A DNA stretch of 41,654 bases from Babesia bigemina. Lineage: Eukaryota. Shown here one piece after another: positions 21,268-33,477 of the stretch (within the stretch, counting starts at the first letter, position 1; each line of letters begins with the position of its first letter). The stretch is taken from assembly GCF_000981445.1 (NCBI RefSeq), contig NW_012237372.1, positions 1-41,654 on the forward strand, in the 5' to 3' direction. The notes under the pieces are model-generated. The model had not been told where the DNA came from, made no database searches, and worked only from the letters and a program-made list of their open reading frames with translations. The position numbers and the translations under genes were made by a program.

Positions 21268-21412
21268 TCGTCGTATAGTCATCACCTAATCTAGCTGCTA
21301 TCTGATTCACAGGTTGCCGCTAGAGTAAGTCAAAACATTAGACTACGTTTGTCGGTTAGGTGAGTAGGTGAGTAGTTACGTGAGTTACAGTGAGTTACAA
21401 ATGTGAATACAA

Positions 21413-24400
21413 TTACGGTTGTAGATACGATATCTTGGCAAGCCTTCCGACTTGCGCTGCAGCCAACAATGACTGCGCAGTTATCTTGTGCGACGACGGT
21501 ATCCTCAGGTGTGAGCGTATGTGGAGCACATCCAGTCTGCCAACCATTACGCAGATGAGGTAGAAGAGGGACAGCGACCAGAGGGCGACATTGAGCCATA
21601 TAAACGGCTCTCTGATGGTGAACAGGAATTCGTCGCACTCTTTGAACAATGCTGTGAAATGCGTCGATTGCAGTACATTTTTCAGTTGTATGTAAAAATG
21701 ATGGCAATAACTCTTACTGGTATCGCCGTGTAATTTAGTCGAATCGCGAAAAGTGAATCCGTAACTGTAAAAAGTACTACTTACACCGCGGCATTCGACA
21801 ATTCCGCGACACTGACAGTTCTCCATGCCGTGCTTACCGCGAGAACATTTCGTTCCATGAGTACAACGACTGCATCCCCAGTCGCGGCAGGAAATATTGC
21901 CGAATGAGTCCAGCAGTGATTTCAGGCAATCGTACAATGCCAATGGTAAATAGAGAGCCCATGAGAAATACAGTTCTGAATGCTTCTCGGCGAGATAGGT
22001 ATATGAATCGTCGCATAGAGCTCTGAGATAAGGAGCGCAATGAATCTTATCGCTACTAGCAAACGTACATGGCGTTGATACCGAAAGCGTGGACAGGTCG
22101 GCTTCTGAGTATGTTTTATGGCCGTCTGGACGGTGGCTGTGATATGCATTGCGAAGTGCATTCGTGAAGTCACTAGTATCATTGTACAGTTCGATAGACA
22201 TCTCTTTGGTGGCCGTTTCAAATGCTGTTTTGACTGCACTGTCGTTGACGCCTTTGCTATTCTCCAGCACGCGCGCTAATGTAGATACAAACTGGAAGTG
22301 CTCTGGTAATGTAGACGGCGGTTTGGGCATCAAGCAAAGCAACGATGAATATTGGACATTGACGAAGAATTTAGTCAGCGCTTTGCATAGGTCCTCACCT
22401 GTCTTCATACCACCTGAAAAGCCACGGAAGCCCAGAGGAGTAATGCACGGTTGGCCAGGGAGGCCCTTAGGACACGTCGCACATTTGGCCTTGCAACCGA
22501 TGCTGCTTACCTGGTGAGGCAAGTGGCCGGTAAGGCAATCGGACAAATACGACTGAAGTGGCGACGTTGGTTGACACGTTGCCTGGCACTTTGGTTGACC
22601 ATCTGCTTGGCACGCTGCTTTGCCCGTTGAGTGATCATTACACTGCGATTTGGATGACTGTACGCCTTTACCGTACCAACAGTCGGACCAACCGCGATGT
22701 TCGGCAGTCAACTTACACTGGCTGTGCAAGAAGTTGAGCGATGGCAATAAACTACGGAGGATGTCAAGCAGCATTTGTAGGCAGTCGTCGCCTTTCTGCG
22801 GATAATAGAAATTATGCGAGTTGTTGCAAAAGTCGACGGCGTACATGGAGTACGCGTCTCCGGTGCCGAGGATTGCAGTCAGCAGATCGTAGGATCTCAG
22901 ACAAAGGTGGCGCACTGCCTTTACGCTATTGCCATACGTGATGTTACTCGGGTACGCGTTCAGGCATAATGCATCTGGCGTGACTAGCGTGAACTCATGG
23001 TCCTCGCCGGCCTCCGTCGTCTGCTTCTTCGGGTCCTCGAATAAGTCACTCATCGTGTCACGCAACAAAGCTTCATATACAGAATTGCACGGCAACCCAC
23101 ACAACCAGCACAGCATTTCGAACACGGAGGATGGCTGTCGCTTCGAAGCGAAAGTGGACTGGTGACAGACTTCATAATATGTTTCGATGCAGTTGTGCAG
23201 AGTTTTAAGTGGACCGTTGTCCTTATCAGCATCATGATGTCTGTAGACACGGCCATCGGCATTCTTAACGAGGCTTTTGTAAACATGCCAGCCTAGCATA
23301 CCATCTCCGTTCCGCAACTGGCCGTCTTGTATGTCCTTGGATACGACGTATCCGTTGTTGCCGAGAAAGTGTCCGATTGGTGTCGATTGATTTATCTTGT
23401 CAGACCTCCACATGGTACCGGAGTACTTCCTCACTGTGTTCAACACATTGTATGACGTCGAAACTACGGTCAAGCAGACCTTACTTAACTTGGTTCCGTA
23501 CGCTGTTAGTTTATCTTTTTCGACGAGCTCAGCACCAAACCTCTCACTGTCGTAGGTCGAGATGTACGCATTGTTGAGCTCCGTTGCCGAAGTCGTGAAA
23601 CCGTTCTTCAGAGCATTGAGAAGCGAAGGGGTATTCCCTTCACCATATAATGAAGGCTTCAATTCACTGAGCGTTACTTTCAGCGCCGATAGATTTCGAG
23701 AAAACTCGTGATTGAAGTACTCCGAAGTGACAAGATCTCCGAACAACTTAGCCAGCGCGTCACGTGTTGGCTTAATTTTTTCATAGTCCGTTTTGAAGTC
23801 CGGCTGCTTCTCTAGATCATGCAAAAACCTATTTAGGCTTCCAAAGAACTTTGCTGCCGCCTGACTCATTGGTGATTTTTCTTGCGCAACGGGCTTAGGA
23901 TTTATGTCTTTGATGGTCTTGATTGACTTTTCGTGCGTTACGAAGTGCTTCTCAAATTTCTTCATGAACCCCTTGTAACCGATGTCCAAATCGTCGGTGA
24001 TTTCCTTAGGTAGAGGCGCCAACTCCTTCTCGGCTTTCTCCGCGAACTCTAGCAGAATGGCTTTCACTGACGTGACGTAGTTCTTGTTGACTTGGGTGAT
24101 GAGATCGTTCTGGGCTTCTTCGACGTTGGAGCTTACTACGCCTCTGATTGACGTGATTGTTGCCTGGGCTGTTGGATCGGCGCTGGTGAGGAAGTTCTCA
24201 GCATCCCTGATTGCAGCGCTTAAATCAAAGGTTTGTAGCTCACCAAGTTTGTTCTTAATACGCGCCAATTTCTCCTTTATCGTCGTATTGAGCAATGCCC
24301 TGAGATTATCCACGCCGTATGTGCCTTCAGTTTTGATGGCCTCGCAGAGCTGTGTGAGATTCTCCTTCACCGCTTCGAACTGTTTGAGAGCTGCCTCATC

Positions 24401-27136
24401 AAAGGTGGTGAGGATTCCCAGGTTATCGGTAACCTGGGTTTGTATGTCACTGAGAGCGTTGGTGATGTCTTGCTTGATGGTCTCGAGGCCCTTGGTGGAT
24501 GCTTGATCAGGCCAGGTTTCATTATTGGCAAAGCCGGCGTCATGCAGATCTTCCAATCTGTTGATCACGTCCTTCTTGTCACTGTTGAGCAAGATGTTAT
24601 TTCGAAGGTTGGTGAGCTCAATCCCAATGTTGCCGATGCCACCGGTGATTGTGATGCTTCTGTTCAGACTGTCTTGATGCAATTGCCGAATAGCAGTAGT
24701 GATCGTTTGGAGGCCAGACACTTTACCAGTTCCGTGTGATCTCCAATTCGACGTATCACCAAGACCGTTGCTTAGCAAAACCATGTAATCTTTGATACCA
24801 TTTTTGTCACCGCTGTAACCGCTAGGAGTATTGCCGTTGTTCTTGCTCTTATCAATGAACCAAGCGGCCTCCTTCAGCTCACTTATAATCGTAGTTACAT
24901 GCATTTTAACAGCTTTCTCAGCATCATCAATAGCGCCATTCGTGAGTCTTTGGGCAGTTTGTTCTTTATCTCTGAAAGCCTCCAGTTTCTCGAAATCTTT
25001 AAGCGCGCCATTAACGTTGCCAATCATCTTTTGCAGCAGCGTCTTATCTTGTATGTTTGTATGATAGTTATGCATAACTGTCATGAATTCATCACTTTCG
25101 CGTGTCATTGTTGTAGGATCCTTGAACGGTTCACTTGATGCTTTCTTGAACTCTTCAATAATGTTTGTAAGCGTTTTCTTAAGGCCTGAAACTTCAGACA
25201 AAGTGTCGTAATTATATTGCCCACCTAGCTTGCTTTTTAATTGTAACAACAGCATTTCAATATGTGTCGCAATTGAATTTTGTTTCAAGCTGACGTCGAG
25301 GCCCTCAAAAATTTTTTTCCATGCATCCGTTAATTGTACACCATTTTGCAAATCTTTAAGACCTAATGCGCTATCGTATTCTAGCATGTTAGATTTTTCC
25401 GTTGCTCCCAATACTGCGTTTATAATTTTTTTGACATGCGTTTCAATTCCCTTCTCGACTTGACCTTTCAACAACTCCAAATCTTTGACAATGTGTTTTT
25501 TTAGTCCATTTACCTGCTCCTTAATATTTCTGACTAAGGACCCAAGACCTGTATGCGCTTTATTGTAAGCGTTCAATAACGCTTTGCCTTTTCTTTCTAA
25601 TTCCATAGCTTCCTGCCTTATCTTTGTTCCATTCATACGATTAGTTACATACGTGTCATCCAATTTTTTAAATAATTCTCTACATTTTGCATCCGCCTTG
25701 CCAACTACATCCGTGGCCTCCGTATTCCAATGCTCCAACTCTCCAACATACTGCTGCAGCTTATTATTAGCGGCGCCAACTGCTTCTCCTGCCTTCCGTA
25801 TTTCCTCGAGGTTGTAACCAAGTTCATGTTTTAGTGCATCATGTTGTCCATGATCCAACGCTTCGTGCACCTCTTTCGCCTTCTTAACAGCTTCACTGAT
25901 AACACTCTGCGCCGCTGTCTTCCAACCTTCCAGCTGTTTTGCTTTCTCCGTTCCCTTTGTCACCCAATCCGCAATATTATCTTTCACGTTTTTGCCAGCC
26001 CTGTGAAGGTCCTCAACATCCCGACCAAGTGACTCGGCCGCCGTTTTTATATTCATGGTATACGTACTTGCAGTCCCATCCATGTGTTTTAATATCTTAT
26101 TAATCCTTTCCAACGCCGCAGTAGCGAACTCCTCGGCCTCCTTTATCCACGCTCCCAGCTCACTGATATACTTCTCTAAATTGCTACTAATCTCCCTCAG
26201 CTTCTTCAAAATTTTCTGCACCCTCACCATTAAACTTTTAACAAGCTTATCTATATCGTCACCCACCTGCTTGTTGATGCAGCTCTTGAGATTGCGAAAA
26301 CTTGTCTTAATCTTCTCCGTCGTCTCCTTCAACTCAGCGTCTTTCCGCTTATGCACGCTGGCCAGCCGCTGGCTCTCGTACTCAACAAGCTTACGAACAT
26401 GCAACACTTTGTCACGCAACTTATCATTAAGGTCATAAATGTTTTTTTTCATCTTAGTGTTGTTATTTGCCTTGGGGTCCAGAAATTCCGCGCACCTCTT
26501 GCTCCTCTCTGTGGCCTCCTTCAGCCGGTCCCCGCAGGACCTTACGGCGTCGGCCAGCTGTGGATCCAGACGATGACTCTCAGCCTGAATATTATTAATG
26601 CTAGTAATCAACTCACCTCCATTTTTCTTGGTGTAGTCGAGCAGTAATTGAAGGGGCTCAATCACTGCTTCATTAGAAGACTTTACATTACCATTATACC
26701 CCCGCACCCCTGCGACCACCCTTCCAATCGCATCATTAAAACCTTTTTTACCAAGGTGTTTATTGGTCTCAAGTATCTTAATTACAGGTGTAATTGTCTC
26801 TTTATGCTGCCCTAAATGCTTGTGGATGTTGCTGAGAACACCACTCAAAAATCCCATCACCCCGTCACACAGCCTGTCCAAGTCAGAGTACACAATGCCA
26901 TGGCCGTCGTAGCCTTTGGAAGATGGATTGAAGCCGAGGAATTTCTCGAGGCCGGTGCAAAGGTTATTAAGGATGTTAGTAGGGTTGTTATTTGAGGTAT
27001 TTTTAAGGTTTTAAAATTTGTCAAATTTCATGTCAAGCTCCCTAGGCGGCACATGGTAAGGGCAGTGGCAAGCGGTGGAAGAGGGGAAGAGAAGGGTGAC
27101 AAGGCACAAGTTATTAGGATGGTTTATAGAGGTCAT
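21413..27136 (-). pseudogene. ves: ves-like gene C, AKISYLQP tail, with a single in-frame stop near the 5' end
   Basis: ATG 27136 reads MTSINHPNNLCLVTLLFPSSTACHCPYHVPPRELDMKFDKF, then TAA (27011-27013), then NLKNTSNNNPTNILNNLCTGLEKFLGFNPSSKGYDGHGIVYSDLDRLCDGVMGFL in the same frame as the 1826-codon ORF (whose listed start, 26893, is GTG). Confidence 0.85.
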
Positions 27137-27164
27137 AACGGTATTATGGCGAGGTGATTCGAGG

Positions 27165-27441
27165 GATGTAGAGTGGATTAGGGAGCGATGTAGAGTGGGT
27201 AAAGGGGCGATGTGGAGTGGGTTAGGGAGCGATGTGGAGTGGGTAAAGGGGCGATGTAGAGTGGGTTAAGGGGCGATGTAGAGTGGATAAAGGAGCGATG
27301 TAGAGTGGATAGAGGAGCGATGTAGAGTGGGTTAAGGGGCGATGTAGAGTGGGTTAAGGGGCGATGTAGAGTGGGTAAAGGGGCGATGTAGAGTGGGTTA
27401 GGGAGCGATGTAGAGTGGGTTAAGGGGCGATGTAGAGTGGA
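27165..27441. repeat. 22-bp G-rich minisatellite, ~12 units
   Basis: Direct tandem repeat. Confidence 0.96.
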
Positions 27442-27464
27442 TGATCATCACCACTTAAGTCACC

Positions 27465-27527
27465 ACTGTCATCGCTGCCGTGCCCATGTCATCGCTGCCG
27501 TGACCATGTCATCGCTGCCGTGACCAT
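27465..27527. repeat. 20-bp minisatellite, ~3 units
   Basis: Three TGTCATCGCTGCCGTG units. Confidence 0.9.
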
Positions 27528-27530
27528 CAA

Positions 27531-27972
27531 CTTGGTCAGCACCTTGGTCAGCACATTGGTCACCACTTTGGTCACCACGTTTGTCAGCACATTGGTCAGC
27601 ACTTTGGTCACCACGTTGGTCACCACTCAGGTCAGAGCATTGGTCAGGTGGTTGGTCACCACGTTGGTCAACACTTTGGGCAGCATCTTGGTCAACACGT
27701 TGGTCAACACATAGGTCAGCACTTTGGTCAGCACTTTGGTCAGCACGTTGGTCAACACTTTGGGCAGCATCTTGGTCAACACGTTGGTCAACACTTTGGT
27801 CACCACGTTGGTCACCACGTTGGTCAGCACCTTGGTCATGGCATTGGTCAACACGTTGGTCAGCACATTGGTCTTGGCATTGGTCAGCACCTTGGTCAAC
27901 ACATTGGTCAACACGTTGGTCAACACCTTGGTCAACACTTTGGGCAGCACGTTGGTCAACACTTTAGTTAAC
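27531..27972. repeat. 12-bp minisatellite, ~36 units
   Basis: Direct tandem repeat. Confidence 0.95.
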
Positions 27973-28087
27973 TATTACACAATCACATACAACGATTAAT
28001 GAGTGATTCAACAGATTAAAGCACAATTCATAAGTTAGGTGAGTAGGTGATGCTAGGTGAGTGTAGATAGTAAACACGTGAGTACGA

Positions 28088-31000
28088 TTATGGTTGCAGA
28101 TAAAACACCCTGTTAAGCTTGTTAACACGTCCAGCAGCGAGCAGTGATTGGGCAGCTATGCGATGTGATGAGGGACTATGCAAATGCGATTTGATGTGGA
28201 GCAGGTCTAGGCGGATGACCATGATGTGGAGGAGGTACAACAGAGAGAGGAGCCAGAGGGCTAATACAAGATACGAGAATGGCGTCCTGATATCCCACAA
28301 GAATTGATCGATTTGTTTGCGTAATTCAATAAGCACAGATTTCTCTCCTAGCATCAATTTCAACGCTTCACAGAAATCTTTGCACGTCCTCTGCGTAGCT
28401 GTATTATTTCCGATGCCACTGAGACCCAACGCGTTGCCGAATGTGAATCCGTATTTATACAGATTAGGGTGCGTGTTGCGGCAGTGGACGATTGACTTGC
28501 AATCTTTGTTGTGATTCTTGTCGTCAAGCTTCTTTGCCTCATTGTCTTCACTCTTTGACTCTATTGCTGCATATGCCTTCTTTACCTCACATCCATTAGT
28601 ACAGCATTTGTCATAGCATCTGCTGCCAGGCTTCTTACACGTTCCGCAGCAGTCGTCGTACAGTTTCTTCAACAGGTCGTAAAATGTTTCCGTGATGTAC
28701 ACGATCCAAGACAGGTGATTGGTCTTATGCTTAGATGAGTAATAGCTGTAGGTGTTCAATGTCAGTGGCTGCACGTAAAGACCACATGGCTTATGGGAGA
28801 CCGAATGACAGTTTGTTATACTCAGCAGATTGCCATCGGAATGGGCTGTTTTGTGCCCACTGTTACTGCACAATGCACTTGGAGCAAGAGATTCATACCC
28901 ATTGCCGAAATAAGCTTCAGTGACTGCATCGGTGTATGCCTGTTGAGTATGCAACAGCTCAGATTTGACACCATAATAATTGCCGGTCCAATTCGCGAGA
29001 TAACTATAATAATACGCGTATACATCACCCAGCGATTGCGGCGGTTTCTGCATAATACACGTGAAGTAACCACAAAGCTTCGTAAGTGGACTATCCTGCT
29101 TTCCACAAAATTCATCAAGCACCTTCCAAAGATGTTCACCGTTTTTAGTATGCGATGCCATAACGCTGATTTCATTGAATCCCATCGGTGTCTTACACGG
29201 TATGCCGCGATGGTTGGACACCGTGCATTCCAATTTACAACCTGGTTTCTTAAATGAATGCGGTAAGAAGCCAGGCAAACCATCTTCTAAGTATGACTGT
29301 AATGGGGATTTTACACCGCACTTAGGGTGTTGGTCACAGTTTTGGTTGACCTTTTGGTTACACTTTTGGTCAGCGCATTGCTTTGAGTTGCACTTCCAAT
29401 CTGACCCACCGATTGCATTGCCATACAAACAACCCCGCCACCCGGAACAAATTTCGTCGTTGCAGCATTGGCAGTATACGAAGTAGAGCTGCTGGTAAAT
29501 GCGATGCAGTATGTCTACTAGCATATCAATGCATTGACCGTAGCGAGAGGGGTACGAGAACCCTTGCGAATTAGTGTTGAAGTCCACCGCGTATATTCCG
29601 TCCGCGTGTCCATGGCCAAGTATAGATGTAAGTACGTCGTGAGCCTGATGGCATACTTCCGTCAGCATGCCAGATATTCCTCCAACGGTGATGTCTTCCG
29701 GGTGAGCAGGCAGTGTATTGGCGTCGTCGGTTTCAAGCAAGATGTCGTCCCCCTCACTGTTAGCAGCGTTGTTCTCCTCCTTCTCAAACAGCTCACTGAA
29801 TCCGTTAAATGACAACGGTTGGTAGACGGGATTGTATGGAAAACCGGACAACCATAGAAGCATTTGGTATACGCTCGACGGTTGCTTGGTGGCGAACATG
29901 GTACCGTAGTGGCATACTTCGTAGTATTCGTGTAGGTGGGTGAACAATCTACTTAAGATGCCCCCCTGTTCTCTGAAGTTATCAGCGCATGCCTTCAGCG
30001 AAGTAAAATCGTTGGGATACTTATTAAATTCTTTGTGTTTACGGAAGCCTTTGCTTAATTTCATCGAGACATTCCAACCGGTATCGTCCTTAGTTATGAG
30101 ATTCTTAACGTCGTAACCACATTGTGTTAAGAAATCTCTCAACGCCGCGTTGTTATCTTCACTCTGCATTCGGCACTCTCTGAAGGTATGACCACCCTCG
30201 TAATACAGCTGATGAAGCTGATCGAACAGCATCGTCGCGCAAGTCAAAAACACCTTCGCGCAATTCTTCCCATTTGTCGTCAGAATCATATTTTGATCGT
30301 AGTCCTGCACTTTTTGAGCGCTTTCCTTATTAGGGTCTTTTATCAACCACTGACCGATTGCCGGCGAGCCCTCGTACCTACTGACGTACGCCCTCCCAAG
30401 TTCACCAATCAATTTGCGAAGTCCACCTTTCATGGCATCAGGCAACTCCGGATGATTATGACCAGCGAACGTGGATGGCTGCAGTGCGCTAAGTGTATTA
30501 GTAAAATCAGCGAGATTACGGGAGAATGTATGATCAAAGTGATTCGAGGAGGAGAGGTCGTCGAGCGAAAGGCCGAGCATGGTTTTCACGTTAGCAATTT
30601 TGGTGGATGCAACAGTGTCTTTCTTCGTTTGTTGTGCCGTTGAGATTTTAACTTGATCTTCGACGTATTGGAGCAACTCTTCTAAATACATTCTGACTTG
30701 GGTGGTGGCTGTTCGTATTTCCGTTTGTTTTTGTAGCGTGTCGAGATAGGTATCATTCGCCTTCATTTTGCCCATCATTCCCTTCAATCCGCTTTCCAGA
30801 TCTTGCTGAATAATTTCACCAATTTCTGTATATTTCTGAGTGACCAATCCTTTGAGCGCCTCCAACTCTTTCTCTTTGGTGTCCGCAAACATTCTCAGGG
30901 CCTCCTGTTTAATGCTTCTCTTGGCGGTGGCACTATCGCTGGTAACTTTTGAGGTGATTGTGGATTGGCAGAGATTAGTGGCTTTCTCTAGCGTGCCTTC

Positions 31001-33415
31001 TTTTAATGTTCTAACTTGTGCATCCAGGGTAGAGGTCACTTGTTGGTTTAGTTCGTTGGTCTTTTCATCAATCTGATTCTTCACACCGACCAGCTTTTTG
31101 TCGTGTTTATCGTTTTTATCTTTCTTGTCTTCTAGGATAGCGCTAATGTTTCTGAGCTCCATATTAACTGAGTCGATAACATAAGCAAGTCCTTGCTTTA
31201 TTTTTTCGGCAGGCATTGACACATCGTTGTTAAGCTTAGTTTGAATTTTTTCGATCAATGGTTTCTCAACTAATTTTTTAAGTTCTTCGCCTAGTGCTTT
31301 AACACCGTCGATAGCAGCTGTCAACTTTCCCATATTTATCTCTGATTTGAATCGTTGAATTTCTATTTCCGCGCCTTTCGCAAGCGACTGTAACTCAGTT
31401 AGGGCGGCTTCTACCCCCCACTTGAGATACGGATTATAGCCTGATTCGGATACATCGGTCATCTGTAGATCGTAGCCATCTTGCAAATCACTTTGAATTT
31501 TCCCTACTACATCTGCAACTTTATGTATTACTTGCTCCGCGTAGTTGCTAAGATACTTATGAACGTTTTGTAAATGGCCATCTACAGTGGATTGAGATCC
31601 AGGCTTTGGATTGGCTTTAATAGCAGTTAGTGCTGCTTTAATATTTTTTTGAACGATTGAAAGGAATACCTTGAGAATAGCATCATTATCGGCAGCGGTA
31701 AAACGGCCCTTGAATTTTTTTGCGTGGTTGTTCCCGCTAACATACGAATACAAATACTGTTTCACCGGCTCTTCGTCAACAATCGCCGTAACCGCATCAT
31801 TGATTGATTGTTTGAATGTCTCCTCGAAATTAGTTGCGTACTCTCCTACAGAAGTAACGATGTCATTTAAGTGACCTTGATTACCTTCCTTATCTGCAAT
31901 CCCATCGGTAAGCCCAGTAAGCGCCAACTGTATTTCCGCCCACAAACTGCCAAGATCATCATCTCGGAGCGTCGCAGCATTAGTGACAATATTTTGCGCC
32001 AAACTGGCAGCCCCCAAGGCCGTATTTGGAGAGGTATCTTTTTCATCAAATTTTCCATTAATAACATCAACGGACTTCTTAATGTTTTGTCGAACAGTGT
32101 GCAACTTCCAGACTGTGTCAGTCAAAAGCTTAACCTTCCTCTCAAGTTCTTCTTTTACTAGCATACGAAGACCGTCAATACCCTTAGTCACCGTTTCCTT
32201 AAGTACCCTGACCTGCTCTGTAACTGTGCTACTAATCTGACTTTCAAGCGTTGTAAGGTCTCTATCGACACTACTGGCTACCGCCACCAAGTCGCTATAG
32301 TCAAGTTTCGTGGATTCTACAAATGTATTAACACTATTAAAAATTACGCAGACGTTGGTTTCTAACTTATTTTTTAGGTTAGGATCTAAATCTCTAAGTG
32401 AATCTAATGAAGATTTCGGTTGTGTCACTAAGCTATTGACAGAGTCAGCCCAGTCTGCTAACTTATCTGAGACGGCATCATATTCTTGACTACGCAGTGT
32501 TTTGATATATTCCGCAGATTGATATATGTCACGAATTGTTGTATCTAATGGCCCAGTCACTGTTTTTGTTCTCGTTTTCATTTCACCTTCATACCCCTCC
32601 AACCACTCCCTCACCGCGCCGACAGCATCCACAAGCCCATCACGCCCGGAGCCAATTTGTTTAGTTAAGGTGTCAAGTACACTTTTAAGCTTTTTATCCT
32701 CTCCACTGATGTAATTATCATAAGTTGTCACTTCATTTTCGTTTTTCACCCCCTCAAGCACACCACTCAAAAATCCCATCACCCCGTCACACAGCCTGTC
32801 AAGGTCAGAGTAGACAATCCCACTGCCATCGTAGCCTTTGGAGTCAGGGTTGAAGCCGAGGAAGGTTTCGAGGCCGGAACATAAATGCGTTAAAATATTA
32901 TTATTATTAGTTTTATCAAGTTCTTCAGCAAATTTCTTAAGCTTCTCAACAATTTCTCTCTGCTGCCTCACTTCCTCCAATCCCTTCTGCCTCTCCTCCT
33001 CAGGGAGGTAATGGGTCTTAGCACAGTCATTTTTAGCATCTTCGGCTTTTTTGATTTGAGATTTTAGGGCAGCAATTTCTTTCTTTTTAGAGTCTTCAGA
33101 TTGCGTAGATTCAGACTGTTTAGTTTTAAGTTCATTTTTAGCTTTTTCAATTTCAGCATCCTGCTTCTTACAACAGGGCTGGACAGAGGGGTCAGAAGAG
33201 GAGGAGTCAGAAGGTTTATCAGTAGGTTTTCCACGGCAAAGAAGCTTGGATTCGCGTTCATCAAGGGACTTATTAGCGTTACCTATAGCCTCCTCAATCA
33301 ACTTATTCAAAGCTTGAGACAACTGGTCAAGACCTTCATCACCTTGACCATTCCCATACCTAAGCTGGATCAACCAGTCGATGGACTCAGTCAGAAGGGA
33401 AGCGAAGGGTGACAA
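28088..33415 (-). CDS. ves: ves-like gene B, ~1775-codon open frame with NRVFYLQP tail and no in-frame 5' ATG (possibly a silent cassette)
   Basis: Same motifs as D with an identical 5' end. Start 33415 is TTG, in-frame TAA at 33437-33439, leader ATG 33449 out of frame. Confidence 0.88.
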   Translation of the reverse strand: MSPFASLLTESIDWLIQLRYGNGQGDEGLDQLSQALNKLIEEAIGNANKSLDERESKLLCRGKPTDKPSDSSSSDPSVQPCCKKQDAEIEKAKNELKTKQSESTQSEDSKKKEIAALKSQIKKAEDAKNDCAKTHYLPEEERQKGLEEVRQQREIVEKLKKFAEELDKTNNNNILTHLCSGLETFLGFNPDSKGYDGSGIVYSDLDRLCDGVMGFLSGVLEGVKNENEVTTYDNYISGEDKKLKSVLDTLTKQIGSGRDGLVDAVGAVREWLEGYEGEMKTRTKTVTGPLDTTIRDIYQSAEYIKTLRSQEYDAVSDKLADWADSVNSLVTQPKSSLDSLRDLDPNLKNKLETNVCVIFNSVNTFVESTKLDYSDLVAVASSVDRDLTTLESQISSTVTEQVRVLKETVTKGIDGLRMLVKEELERKVKLLTDTVWKLHTVRQNIKKSVDVINGKFDEKDTSPNTALGAASLAQNIVTNAATLRDDDLGSLWAEIQLALTGLTDGIADKEGNQGHLNDIVTSVGEYATNFEETFKQSINDAVTAIVDEEPVKQYLYSYVSGNNHAKKFKGRFTAADNDAILKVFLSIVQKNIKAALTAIKANPKPGSQSTVDGHLQNVHKYLSNYAEQVIHKVADVVGKIQSDLQDGYDLQMTDVSESGYNPYLKWGVEAALTELQSLAKGAEIEIQRFKSEINMGKLTAAIDGVKALGEELKKLVEKPLIEKIQTKLNNDVSMPAEKIKQGLAYVIDSVNMELRNISAILEDKKDKNDKHDKKLVGVKNQIDEKTNELNQQVTSTLDAQVRTLKEGTLEKATNLCQSTITSKVTSDSATAKRSIKQEALRMFADTKEKELEALKGLVTQKYTEIGEIIQQDLESGLKGMMGKMKANDTYLDTLQKQTEIRTATTQVRMYLEELLQYVEDQVKISTAQQTKKDTVASTKIANVKTMLGLSLDDLSSSNHFDHTFSRNLADFTNTLSALQPSTFAGHNHPELPDAMKGGLRKLIGELGRAYVSRYEGSPAIGQWLIKDPNKESAQKVQDYDQNMILTTNGKNCAKVFLTCATMLFDQLHQLYYEGGHTFRECRMQSEDNNAALRDFLTQCGYDVKNLITKDDTGWNVSMKLSKGFRKHKEFNKYPNDFTSLKACADNFREQGGILSRLFTHLHEYYEVCHYGTMFATKQPSSVYQMLLWLSGFPYNPVYQPLSFNGFSELFEKEENNAANSEGDDILLETDDANTLPAHPEDITVGGISGMLTEVCHQAHDVLTSILGHGHADGIYAVDFNTNSQGFSYPSRYGQCIDMLVDILHRIYQQLYFVYCQCCNDEICSGWRGCLYGNAIGGSDWKCNSKQCADQKCNQKVNQNCDQHPKCGVKSPLQSYLEDGLPGFLPHSFKKPGCKLECTVSNHRGIPCKTPMGFNEISVMASHTKNGEHLWKVLDEFCGKQDSPLTKLCGYFTCIMQKPPQSLGDVYAYYYSYLANWTGNYYGVKSELLHTQQAYTDAVTEAYFGNGYESLAPSALCSNSGHKTAHSDGNLLSITNCHSVSHKPCGLYVQPLTLNTYSYYSSKHKTNHLSWIVYITETFYDLLKKLYDDCCGTCKKPGSRCYDKCCTNGCEVKKAYAAIESKSEDNEAKKLDDKNHNKDCKSIVHCRNTHPNLYKYGFTFGNALGLSGIGNNTATQRTCKDFCEALKLMLGEKSVLIELRKQIDQFLWDIRTPFSYLVLALWLLSLLYLLHIMVIRLDLLHIKSHLHSPSSHRIAAQSLLAAGRVNKLNRVFYLQP

Positions 33416-33477
33416 GGCACAAGTTATAAGGATGGTTTAAAGAGGACATAGCGGTAATATGGCGAAATAATTCGAAG

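Noticed and set aside
33385..33415. Splice acceptor at CTGACTGAG|TCC restoring the B/D N-terminus
   Set aside because: GAG is a poor acceptor and no upstream coding exon is identifiable beyond the satellites; cannot be fully excluded without cDNA
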